NCBI GenBank assembly: GCA_051362555.1
Contig: CM120642.1
Span: forward strand, 9,114,001 to 9,178,000
Direction of reading: 5' to 3'
Length of the DNA: 64,000 bases
Origin: Lingula anatina
Lineage: Eukaryota; Animalia; Brachiopoda
Part shown: in pieces, positions 1-12,297 of the stretch
How positions within the stretch are numbered: position 1 is the stretch's first letter
How the letters are laid out: each line of letters begins with the position of its first letter
Made by a program: the position numbers and the translations under genes
The notes under the pieces: model-generated
What the model was told of the DNA's origin: nothing
What the model saw: the letters and a program-made list of their open reading frames with translations, nothing else
Databases searched by the model: none

Positions 1-677
1 TATCAAATAAACAGCGTGTCTTAATTTGTACTCTCAGAAAATTAAAGCATTGTAAACACTTCACAGAATTGTTAAAAAAATGAAGCAAAGATAGGCCTAT
101 GCTTCCTACTACTAAGGTAATTTCGGTCGATGCCATTTTGTCTACTTCGACTCAAACGCTAGCAGCCAACTATCGGGTGGCCTGTCCGACCTTCAGTCCA
201 CCAAATACCACGACGCTCTTGTCGACCCTTTTTTTGCTCCAAAAAGAAACTGGTATGTGCTGCTCTGGACAGAATGTCACTGAAATTTTCCGGGCGATGA
301 TCGCTGGCCGCGGCCAGCCTTTCGTATAATTGTAAAAGGGTGATATCTCCATGTCCAATATCAATGGCAAACCAATCCAAAAAGACGGCCCCCGTTCTCT
401 TTATGACTTTAATTGTCGTGTATTTTGAAATTAAAGCAATAATAACTCTTCTTTTCGGCCAAAAAATGAATTTTCCTGGAGTAAACAACAATTTTCCCAT
501 ACTTACCATACTTACCAAGTTATGAATCCATTTTTACATTCAAAGTTAGTCCCTGTTTTATTTCTAAAAAGTTTGGTATTTTGTTAAAATCTCTTAAGAG
601 CTTGCGGAATTAGCCGAGAATTGCCGATTGCATTTTCCTGCAAATTCAATAACGATGTTTGCGACAACCAACTTCCT

Positions 678-716
<39 letters not shown>

Positions 717-814
717 GCGGTTTGGGGGGGGGATTTTTTTTTTTTTTTTTTGGAGAACGGACGAAAATCGGTGCGCGCGCAGGATGTCATCCATAAAATT
801 AAAAAAGTGTGGCC
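1..814. mobile_element. Harbinger/Tourist-like MITE (5' end outside window), in an intron of GORAB
   Basis: Colinear and highly similar to the complete copy at 54943-56019. Ends in the TIR AGGATGTCATCCATAAAATTAAAAAAGTGTGGCC followed by TTA (815-817). Confidence 0.85.
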
Positions 815-874
815 TTATGAAGTGTAGGTAGAGGCCATTTATAAACAAATGATTATGTCATACTATTTCCGCAG

Positions 875-3274
875 GTGAATCTCATCACAAACCCCAAGCT
901 GCTGCTGCTGCTGCTGCCAGAAAACAGGCCCAACTCAACAAACAACGAGCACAAACACAGAAAGATAGATATCTACATCAACGTAACATGCAGAATTCTT
1001 CCTCAAACACGCCACAGACGGAGCTTCACCCCTCACAGCGACTGTCCCAACCCAAACCAGAGAGCAAACCAAGTCAAAAGAGCCAGCAAGAGAATAAACC
1101 AACACCATCTAATAAAAATCCTAATCAGTCAGATTGCAGTGACAATAAAAAACAAAGGAAGGACCAAACTTCCACCAACTTTACAAAAAGTGATAATGGA
1201 CATGGAGAAGAACCTAAGAAGACAGAAGATAGTGAAAATGCTAATGTGGAAGAAGCAGATCTGAATGAGAAAGAAATATTAGAGTATGTGTATCTTTTTG
1301 ATTATTTTCATCTTTGTGATAAACCGTGATGTTTAAGTAAATCTGACATACAATTTGTCTTCTTAACGATACATATGTTGTCAAGATATTTCTTCTTTTT
1401 TATCCATATTTCCATAAAATGAATACCCAAAGGGCTTAAATTTATGATACTATTTGAGGTGTAAAATTACTGTGATATATTCAACCCTGACATTGAATAA
1501 AATGGCTTTTTCCTTTTCCTAAAGCCTGGAGGTGTCCAACATGATAAAATTCCAGAAGCAGCAGAAGATGATTGAGGAAGCCAACAAAAAGAAAAGGCAA
1601 ATGCTGGCACAAGCAATAAAGGAAAGGTATGTGCATAGATGTGAGGAGAAATTAGCCCAACAATTGTCATCACATTAATGCTCGGCATTCCCAATAGTTT
1701 GCATTGCCATTGGTATTATAATATTGACTGTTTGTCCACTGAAGAGATGATATGGCTGGACAGAAAAAGCTTTGAGTAGTCCCTTCTGATGTTAATAAAA
1801 TTATGAACTTGGACAACTGAACATGGAAAATTGACAAAACATAGGCATTTCTTTTTACAAGTCAAATGTGTATTTTGCTTACTTCAGCAGAACTGAAAGA
1901 AAGGAAAACATGCTGATTTTAAAGAAATAAAAATGTTCCATGTAATTTTCTTGTAGGAGTCAAAAAGCCAAAGCTGAAGCAAGTAAACTGATACAAATAG
2001 AGAAGGAACTGAAGCATTTAGATGACTTACTGACAGTTGATGTCTCCATTCTAAGAGACAAGATAGAGGAGGCTAGCAGGGACTACACTGAGGCTCAGTA
2101 AGAAAAAAAATTCTTTCTCTCTTCCCTTTCCCGTTTCTCTTTCCCCCTATCCCTGCCACCCTAGCTGTCACACTAATGAAGGTCTGATATCACTAAATAG
2201 CTTCTACGTTTAAGTCTGATCTGAGCTGGTTGTTTGGATTTGCATCTAAAAGGCACCTAAACTCACTGTTTTGGTGAAGCAACTGCACCATTGAAAAATA
2301 TCCATTTTGTTACTGCTTTCTACTCTGTTAAGTTAAATATGGCTCACAAAACAATTGAGTTTTAGGGGACTAAAAGTTTTCTATCTTAAAGATATTTAAA
2401 GTCTCAGCTTACCCTTTTTTTTCACGATTTCTCCTGAAAAGGTCAAATATCAAACTGCAATTACCCATTTTCTTATATGGGATATTAATTGTGAACAGTT
2501 AACAGGTTTTGTTGAAGCATATAAAATCCAATTGTAGGGTATAATTATTTGCCTTTTTACTTTTCTAGGAAAAGATATGAAAGGCTGGAGAGGGAATTTA
2601 TAGAAGCAAAGGTTGATCTCCACAAGACAGCTGAAATGAAAGAGCAATTAACAGAGCATTTATACAGTCTAATCTACCAGAATGAGATGAGAAAATCCAA
2701 AAAACTGAGTGAGCTGACAGCCAAGCTGGAATTGGCAGAGCTCAGTTCAGAGGAAATCAGTACCACATTACCAGACCTTCCTCCTCTGAGTATGTTTAGT
2801 GCAGTGCCTGCTGGTCAGACATTGAGAAGCCCAACACATGGACAACACCCTAATTTGAGCAAACAAGACACACCCACTGGTCAAGAAACCACACCCACTT
2901 CCAAGGAGACCACACCCACTAATCAACATGATAAATCCAGTAGTCAGAAAGATGTGCCTACTAATCAGAACACGCCCGTTACACAGGACCAGAACAATAA
3001 ACCCAATGGAAATGAACCAAAATCAAGTGATTCAGGAAAGTCTGATGTATCAGTGAATCCATCAGTTGTGACCACACAGCCAGGAGAGAATACCTGTACG
3101 CCACAACCTGAAAAAGCAAGTTCTGTGATTTCAGATAAAAATGGTACTGAGTCCAGTAGTGCTGAGAATATTGCCAGTGATAGTTCTTTGCTTACTGCAG
3201 GTCCCAAAGAATTTGATACCACTGGAACCAAAAATGAAAGTACTGCTGCAGTGGCATCCACTAGTAACAGCTGA
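875..3274 (+). CDS. GORAB: RAB6-interacting golgin (GORAB/SCYL1BP1), 5'-partial; exons 875-1283, 1525-1626, 1957-2097, 2569-3274
   Basis: GT-AG exons join in frame. Coiled coil QQKMIEEANKKKRQMLAQAIKERSQKAKAEASKLIQIEKELKHLDDLLTVDVSILRDKIEEASRDYTEAQKRYERLEREFIEAKVDLHKTAEMKEQLTEHLYSLIYQNEMRKSKKL matches the GORAB conserved domain. The start exon lies upstream of the window. Confidence 0.9.
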
Positions 3275-5463
3275 GAGAATGACATGAGTGTAACTGTCTT
3301 TATTAAGCTCATAGCAATTCGGGGGTTTTCCCCTTTACAGAACCATGAATCATAGTGGTATTTCAGGTCAATCAGCCAGCTGGAATTATCTAGCTGCTTA
3401 AGCACTCATACTTAAATATTTTATCATGGGAAGCAATTGTGGGAGAAATATGATGGTCATACAGATATTTTTATTACCATGTAGTAGGGGTTCACTCACA
3501 AAGAGGGATATTTGTTCACATACCTAGAGGACAAAATTGGAGGTGCCCATTTAATGCTTAAATGTGATATATGATAGATTCATATTAGTGTTCAGGTTCA
3601 CCGGCTGATCCAAGATTTCAAGTGAAAGGTGGTAAATTGAGTTTAGTAATTCTATGGGCAGTACTTCTTTGTACAGGAAAGTTTTGGGCTTTCAAGTTTT
3701 TCTCACTGCCATTCTCAAGTAGGGACAGGGTCCCTGATGAGAAAACTTGGATCTTCCTTTCAGTGCTGTAACAAATTGGGCTCAGTATACACAAACGGGA
3801 GCATTATTTTTCTATGATTATTTTAATAGTGGTATTGATGTGATATATTTGCACTTCTATATGTTTTAAAAATCCAACTGGATAAGCAGTGATTATTTAT
3901 AGCAGCAATAACATGCTATGCAACAAGATTTCACTGACAAAGCATCTGGGTTCAGCATGATGATATTATATTTACCAAATTTCTTTTTTGTGATGCTGTT
4001 TTTCTCTGAGTTTCACAACGATGACAGATGGTTACGTGAACAGGGCAGTGGAACTGTACAAGATCTGTCAATTTTGTTATCTAAACTTTTTTCATATCAA
4101 CACAAGCATGAGTTAAACGATCTAGTCATCAAAATTAAAGTTTAATTTATGCAGTGACGGTAATTTTGATACTGCTGTTATTTGATATCACAATCAGGCG
4201 GTGCGTGATTTTCTGTTTAAAGTAAAATTGTCCTGATATCTGGTAAAAACTCAATTTCAACAATTCAGTTTACGTGCACTTGCAGTAACGGTTTCTTTGC
4301 GAGTGGTAGGGCTGAGTGACTAAGCAAGTCAAGTAGGGGCTACTATTACGCTAGGAACCCCATTCCCTGATAAAGGGGACTTATGAAAACTCGAACATAA
4401 GGATGCAAAATGCAATTCTTAATTTGCCTGTTATTTAGGACAAAACTTACTGCAACAATATCGCCATGGGGAAGTGATGTTGTTTAATTGACATATCTAT
4501 GTTTTCATAATGATAATAGGGGGTTGTGAGGGCTAAAACGTGCTTCATTTTTTATTGTTAGGGGAGCTCAGTGGTTCCCTACTTCCTTGCTATGCCTGTG
4601 GGTGCTTTCGTTACTACTGCATTTATTTGATATTCGTGAACCAGATACTGTGAAGGTTCACACACTTCTTCTCAGCAGCAGAACATGCAATTTATTAAAT
4701 GTCTTTTCTTTTAGAAGGCGAAATATATTGAAAGTTAACTGTGTATGTTGTTGATGTGAAGTTAACCAAGCATACCTAACCCTGCTTATGTCTTAAACAT
4801 TATGACTTTGAGTAACCCATGTTTTTCAGTTTTTCCCCTAAGGTTTAAACAAAATCGCCTGAAAACATGATGAACCCCCCACCCCCACCCCAATATACGC
4901 CTTCCTCGGGGCTTGGTGGGGGTGCAGATTGATCTTATCCTTCAGTTTCTTTTACTAAAACCGAGTGCAAAAGGTTCTCAAAGCAGGCTGTGTTAGATGC
5001 GCCATCTAAAATCGTGTTCCTCCAACACATCACACTAGCCTAATATTTCTCACGATCAATTCTGTTTTATGCTGTGACCTGTACAGATTTGATGACACGC
5101 GAATTTCTATTGTCTTAAAATGCCCTTTTTGGTCATCCTTCATTCCCAAGATTCTAAACCCTTGTCTTTTTAAAATGAATGAAATGAATAGTTATCATTT
5201 ATCTTAATTTTGATTTGGGGTTTTACAGTTACCTGTATCATTTTAATATTTAGCATATATAATTCATACTTGTAAAATGTTAATGCTTGACCTTGGACGA
5301 CATCCCACCTGCTACATTACGGTAGCATAAAACCTAGATTCACTCACACCACACTGAACAACATTATCATAACTAATATCATCCTATTACCATAAACCAC
5401 AAGCAGCCGCCGCCTGAAACGAACCAACGGCCAATTTAATATATAGGCTAGCATGTAAACATC

Positions 5464-8400
5464 ATGGCGGAGTACGGCAGTACTAGGAGAAGAGTGGTAC
5501 ACACCACGACGGAGAAACTGATCTCGCGGACGGCCAAAGCAGACGACGACGATGTCGAAACAACGGAGACCGTCATCACGTCTTCCTCTGTCTGTGGCTC
5601 CGATGGTGCAGACGATCGTTTTGACGGAGGTCGTGCGGGTGTTACCCGCCGCGCCCTGTCGGGGTACAGCAGAGGCGGCCTGGGAGAACAGAGGGAGGAA
5701 TACTCATACAGGAGGTACCAGAGCCCGTATGCCACCACGGGACCACAGCACAGCCGCTGGGCCCTGGGCTGGAGGGTGAATGCCACCAATCTCGCCGTCT
5801 TTCGGATTATATTTGGGGCGTACATGGCGTGGGACGTGCTCATGACTGTTCAAAAAGGTAATGAGTAACATGATATCATTAGATGCAGGCAAAGCAAAGA
5901 AATGTGTGTATTTTCAAAATAATCCTTCTACTACTTATAGCGAGACCCAGTTGTAAATATGTGTCTTTTTTATGATGAATTAAGACCTTACTTAATGCAA
6001 TGCTGTAAACGTGATTTGCACTCAGAGTGAGACCAATTCAGACAACGCCCATATTAAAATGGAAATGGGCGTCAAACGCGTCACCAGAGGAATTTTTTGC
6101 TATCGCCCAGAGTTGTGATTTTTCACACATATATCTAACATCTGCAGTAGAGAAAGCTATGCCATTTTGAAAAACACCCTTATTATCAGACAATCCTATC
6201 AGCCCTGTATGCGTCTGATATTGCGGTTTTGGTTCACGTCCGTTTTCAGATAGCCCTCTTCTAACCACCAGTTAAAACATTGATATGAAGAGCCGGAATT
6301 GAAGCTTTATTTAGACCCTGGGTCAGCGGACTCATTAGCTTTGAACACAAAGCCAGAAAAGACATAAAGACGCCCTTATCATCGTAACAACAAAAATCGA
6401 TTCCAGTGTGCACTTCTGGCAGGGCAATCTGTCAATGTAATAAGTAGGCTTACTCCATCTATCCATCATTTTAGTGGGAAACACACACAGCTAACAGCGT
6501 GTCATCCCGCGATGAGCTTAATTCTGCATGTCTTTTATTTACTCCATCTCCTTGGGATGAAGTAAAAATGATCGTACTTCTATTCTTTATCTCACCTCAA
6601 ATGTTTTTGTTTTTTTTTTTTTCGTAATTTTGTCTTGGTTTATTATTTATCATCATCGTATTCTTTTTTCAAATTGTAAGAAGTGGTCTTCATGATAAAA
6701 TTACAACAAAAGTCAGAGATGAGCTGAAGACAGTTTGCATAATTACCATATTTGGTAAATAAAAACGTATATCCCACATATGGGTAGATAAAGAGGGAAG
6801 AAAGACAGCAGAGTACCAGTTAGTCCCAAGCAGCGTCCTCTTCCGTAACGCAATAATGATTGTCATATATAAATTCTAAATTTTAGACTGCCTTCTAACT
6901 ATACTGTAATGGCTGATTTAACACCAATTAACAAAATACCGACCAAAGAAGTTCCTGTTAAGTTAGGACATTGGTAAATAGATATAAAATGAACCGTTGG
7001 CTCAGCTATCCCCACCTCTAACCTGTCTTGCTTGTTGTAATATTTTAAGCTCAAGTCATTTTGGCATTTTTGAACAAATTACTAATTTAAAAAATAGGCC
7101 TGTATGCACTTATAATTATCGGTATATATATATATATAATTAATTTAAACCAAAAATGAATAAAAAGTGTTTCTCCTTTTGGCATCCCCGTTCTTGTTAT
7201 TTGCTATCGTTTAAATCTTGTGAAGTAGAGGTCTAAAGGAAATTTTATCTCAATTCGTAGCGTTGTCTATCTTCGTCTTATATTCGTGTTTTGTTTTATC
7301 AAAATCTTTAGGATTCTTAAAAATACTTTCACACCAAACTGATTGAAAAGTTACTGAAGCATATTCAACATTTTCCCTTTCTTGTAAAATCTTCGAAAAA
7401 TGATGAGGTGAACTTAGTTAAGAAATATATAGTGATGTGCATGTGATCATGTGGTTATTAAAAAAAATACCTCCTTTCACTTTGTTCCCTGTATTTTACT
7501 ACGTTTTCAAATGATTCATTTTAGGTATAGTATTAACTTTAAGTCAGTCAGGTCAGTTGTAAATAAGCAAGTCACCTCTAGCAATATAGTTGCTTTTCTC
7601 CGGGATCAGTAACATTTCTACAATACCAGGTGTATTCACTTAGCGTACACGTAAAAAGACATTAATACCTAAGCGTGGGTTGAAAGGCACGCAAAAAACT
7701 GTTGCCAACTGAGGCGGTGTTCGTCGTGACGTCAAAATGATGCAAGCCTAGTTCAGATTTATCATGTCTGCGTCTAATAGCTGTTTCAAACTGCCCTGAA
7801 GATGTTGCTATAGTTACGCAATGTAGCAGGCCTAGATCCACTAATTGACTAGATGAAAATACAAGACACTGGAATCAATCTTAATGTAAATTCATTATTT
7901 TTTTCAAAATGTAATTTTATAATGTTAAATAATGTGTTCTCAGCGTATAGTTACGGCTTAACTTGTCAGTTTGTAATGCAAACTTGACTTTCACTGACTA
8001 CTTATATATTTCAGGTGATATAGACCAAAATTTTGGCGCCAGTTTTCCCGAACTCAACTTCAAATACTTCCTTGCTCGTCGAGTTCCTAAACCAGACCCG
8101 GCAATTGTGTTGTACATGTTTTGGGGCGTGGCAACATCGGCAATTCTCATAAGCATTGGATTATTTTATCGCTTAGCGTGTTTTCTATTTCTGGTGCTCT
8201 TCACATATCTCAACCTCCTGGAGAAAAGCCGACACAGCAATAATTACTACCTCTACACGCTTGTAGCAATACTCATGTGTGTAACAGACTGCAATGCTGT
8301 TTTATCGCTGGATTCCTACTTTGCCAGTGGGTCGAATCGGAAAGAAAAGGAGAAACATATTCCAAAATGGCAGCTAAAAGTTTTCCAATTCCAGATCGTT

Positions 8401-10516
8401 ATCTGCTATTTTTTCGCAGGAGTTGCTAAAATCAATTATGATTCCGTTGTGCGTGGAGAGCCAGTGAGGTCAAGATTGATAAAAGATGCCAATGCTCATT
8501 ATATCTACTCTTTAATTTTCCCGTCAGAGATTGTGGACGACGCTATTGGACATAGCTTCAGTCTTTCTTGCATGATGTTCAATCTATCCGTTGGGTTTCT
8601 GTTGCTTAACTCAAGAACCCGGCTGGCAGGGATCCTTCTCACCATGTTTGTCTTCGTGGCAAACCGTGTCTTTCTAATTGGGCATTACCCTTGCCCGGTG
8701 ATGATGGCAGCAAATATTCTGTTCCTGGAGCCGGAAGCTCTCACCGATTTCATCAAGTCTCTTACATACAAATGGAAAGGATACCAGCATGTCTACGTCA
8801 GTACCACCTACGTCAGTTATGCGCCAGTGTCAAAGTTGGTGAAATTGTTCTTAATTTTGTATTGTTTATTGCAAGTAACAGTCCCCCTCCGCCATCTTGT
8901 CTATCCTGGTGACGTAAGCTGGACAAACGAGGGCCACCAGTTCAGCTGGAGGAGGGTTGTCAATGAGGAAGACATGCTGATGAATGTTGTCTTGAAACCG
9001 AAAGATGGCTCTAGCGGCCTTCGTTATGACCCATATCAGGTATGACTGTAAAATCTTAGAATTACAAATGACTGACACGCCCTGTTTTTGAGAAAGTAAT
9101 TTTTTTGTACATGCCGATGCTAATATCTTAAAACATATACCATTGTAGGGTATCCCCTTACATATTGTCCTTGACTGTGTTTCGATGCACCGACGAAATT
9201 TCTAACATCTTATGACCATTCATGTAGTTGACTTGTATGTGGCCTTGAAACAACTGTGGTACTTATAATTGCTGCTAAATCATTTTCAAAGACAATAATT
9301 AGATTAAAAGTCATCCTCCCGTTTTCCAGTTACGTTTAACGGATCGTCAAGTAAAAATGATGCTGACGGACGCTGAACTTATCCTGCAATTGGTAGACCA
9401 CATCAAGCAGCGTCCTGGTAAAGACACCAATTTGAAACCCGGTACTTTTGGCGTCCATATCGACATGTGGAGATCACTTAATGGCAGGTAGGAAAAAAGG
9501 TGGTCACTGGAGAGATCCTCTCTCTCTTTTTTTTTTTCACAGACAAAAAGCCAATAACATAAACCGAAAAAGTTTGGTTGGACTCTCCTCGGAACCTGAT
9601 AGATAAAAATAGGTTTTGTTTACTTCTGTATTCAATCTTTTTTATTTCAATTACTCATTCATGTATAAGTCCATATTTATCTTTGTATTTTTATTACAGA
9701 CCATTTCAGAGATGGATTGATCCAGAGACCGACCTCACCAAAGTCGATCCAGATGCGTTTCACGCCACCTGGCTCCTCCCAAAACACTCGGACCACGAGC
9801 TGGACTTTCCAGAGCTGCGAGAGTACGTCGAAACGGTTGCTAAGAAGGGATTTAATACAGCTTTCTTCATTGCTAACCCAGGGGAGGTAAATTTCATAAT
9901 TTTGGATATTGTTCACATTAGTTCGGTGTTTCGAGCACCCGGCCACCAGACAAAAATAATAAATAAAGCAAAACTTTGCGACTGTTGTATCGGTCCACGT
10001 CAAGTACATCGCACTTCAAAGATAGATAATATTATACCAAACTAACATGGTCTTTCCTTAAATACGACTTTTACTGTCCTGTTATAGCTTCAAAACATGA
10101 AATTAAAATTCGTCTTCGTTTCAAGCAACTAAACGGAACTAATTGGCTTGCCTTTCAACATATACATTATTTACAATATCTAGCGTGGTTTATTATGGTA
10201 TTGCCTTCGATCCTTTCAGTTTTTCGAAGCCTACCTGAACCGCGAAGACTGCAGTGTCTACATAGCCACGGTATCGGGTAAAATAGACGTTCTGTTGACG
10301 GCAACGGCGGGAAAAGTCAACCTAGAATTGGAAAAAGAAACCAGAACGCTGGAGCCCGGCAGCAAGATCACCCTACCATCTTCTGGTCCACACAGAGTGT
10401 CTGCAAAAGGAAAGTCTCCTGCTATATGGGCATACACATACAAATGCTCTGTGGGTGCGTTTGAGAGAGCCTTGGGTATGTTCAGTTATGCAGGATGGTT
10501 AGATATGAAGAAATAG
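5464..10516 (+). CDS. HTTM-domain / vitamin K-dependent gamma-carboxylase-like membrane protein, ~686 aa; exons 5464-5857, 8015-9039, 9330-9487, 9700-9886, 10220-10516
   Basis: Exons total 2061 nt and are in frame. Motifs: LAVFRIIFG, NNYYLY, LSLD, YFFAGVAK, PLRHLVYPGDVSWTNEGHQFSW, SLNGRPFQRWIDP, plus a GGCX-like C-terminal segment (FFIANPG...TLEPGSKITLPSSGPHRV...AYTY). No symbol given because key motifs differ from the GGCX orthologue. Confidence 0.88.
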
Positions 10517-12297
10517 ACAAGACGCGTGCGCAGCAGTGACGAAGATCTCCGTCTCTATAACCTATGGTTATCATTTTTTTATGATTTTTTAATGTGTGCT
10601 TTTGTCATTATTTTATGTTTAACAATCTCTTCACTTGAACGACGTTCAAAGAATTTTGATGGAGCAATGCGAGCACATTTATAGCTCAGCTTTTGTAGGG
10701 TGTGAACAAGTACATTGCAAACTTGAAAATTATATTTTAAGTCGTGCCAATGTTGAAAGAACAATTTTGGTTGTGCTGATATATTAATCATAGGTAGAAT
10801 AAGTGCGTCCGTCTCGAATTGTATTTTCCAAGCTGGTTGACTGTAGCTGTTGTTATCTGTCGCAATTTTAATGAAATGTTATTTTAGAAAGTTACGTACT
10901 TGCTTTTGCCGGTATATGTTGTATAACTTGTAGGCGCATTTGAATTTTCAAGGCTTTCACTGAGATAACAATTCAAGTTTGAAATAGTATAGCATGTTCA
11001 TTAAGCTATCAAAGCCAGGATGGCATTTAATAAATATAATAGTCGAACAATCATTTGCCACATTTATTGTGATGTGCTTCAAAGAAGTAATACCAATACT
11101 TCAACGATATGCTTTATAGACTTTAGTAATTATATCAAACTACCATAAAAGCCTTTAACTTTTAAATAGAGCGAGCGTCCATAATTGTTTTATGTCTATC
11201 AGCAGATGATGTTTATATTTAGAAATCAAATAAATATGCCTGATATATTAAAAGAAAGGAACACTTGTCTACGTTTGACGATACATTATGGAGACAATAA
11301 CACGCGTTGCCATGTTTTTCAGTATTTCAAGATAATCCATATCAGAATCTCTCTCTTTCTCTCACGCTTAAGTCTGTTTAAAAAATCACATCTAAACCTG
11401 CTAGTTCATTTTTATTCCAAACATGTTATACATGACGAAGTGATATTTTAATTACAAATTGTACAGGCTCTTTTCGTTTTGTAATCTGGGGTCAATCCAC
11501 AATGTACAATTATAGACTTTCTCTAAGGTTAATATGTTGTTTTGCAGACCTTAGAAAAGTTATATATCGAATAATGGGGGGGGGGGGGAGGCAGCTATTG
11601 AAGACCTATCTATAACGCCTAGTCTAGGTGCTTACTGAAGAAAAAATAAAAGACTTGATGGCCTGGGAGCAAGAAAAGGCTAACATTTTGTTTGGATTAA
11701 AAATACTTTTCAGAAACCTCAAACTGCCACACAACTGGGGCACAACTGCCTCCCCTGCCTTCACCTTCCAGGCATAGATCCTAACATCTCTGCTCACGTA
11801 AATTCTAAATGTCATTCAAATAGGACAAAGAACTAGTTACAAGCCAAGAGTTCACTCTGCTGCTGCTGCTGTTGTGAACTGTGCATCTGGTCGTCTGCTA
11901 GAATCCGGCCAATTTGAACGGAAATGACGCACATGCAGTCCCTCCACTTCACCAGACCATAGAACGAGCACATCGTGATTATGATTGCCTCAGACATTTT
12001 TGGTACGCATTTGCACAATGTTGTCAGAGGAAATGGCTATAGCAAAACCATGACACATGAGTGAGTAAACTGCATACCTCAAGAAATGCCTGTATTGCAG
12101 TCACTGACAGTATGCTTAACTACTGGGCTAAAAGGCAATGTCTCTCTGAAGGTGTCACCAGTTCTCAAGACACCAAACGCATCCATGAAGAAGCACTGCT
12201 ACCTGCGATTATTTTATCTTAATCAGTGAATAGATGCTTGGCACTTCTGTTGATGCTTTTACATAGTTAAATAGCCATCCATGCCCCTATCACTGGT

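Noticed and set aside
5448-5892. Antisense and alternative-frame ORFs over carboxylase-like exon 1 (and 2965-3405 over GORAB)
   Set aside because: These are shadow ORFs of real coding exons with no independent support.
7963-9045. Bacterial contamination as the source of the HTTM ORF
   Set aside because: The ORF is bounded by canonical splice sites and joins four other exons in frame within contiguous animal DNA.
11833-12018. 61-aa minus-strand ORF with a poly-Q run
   Set aside because: It lies after the NCDN stop (12298) in the probable 3' UTR, lacks an ATG start and has no recognisable similarity.
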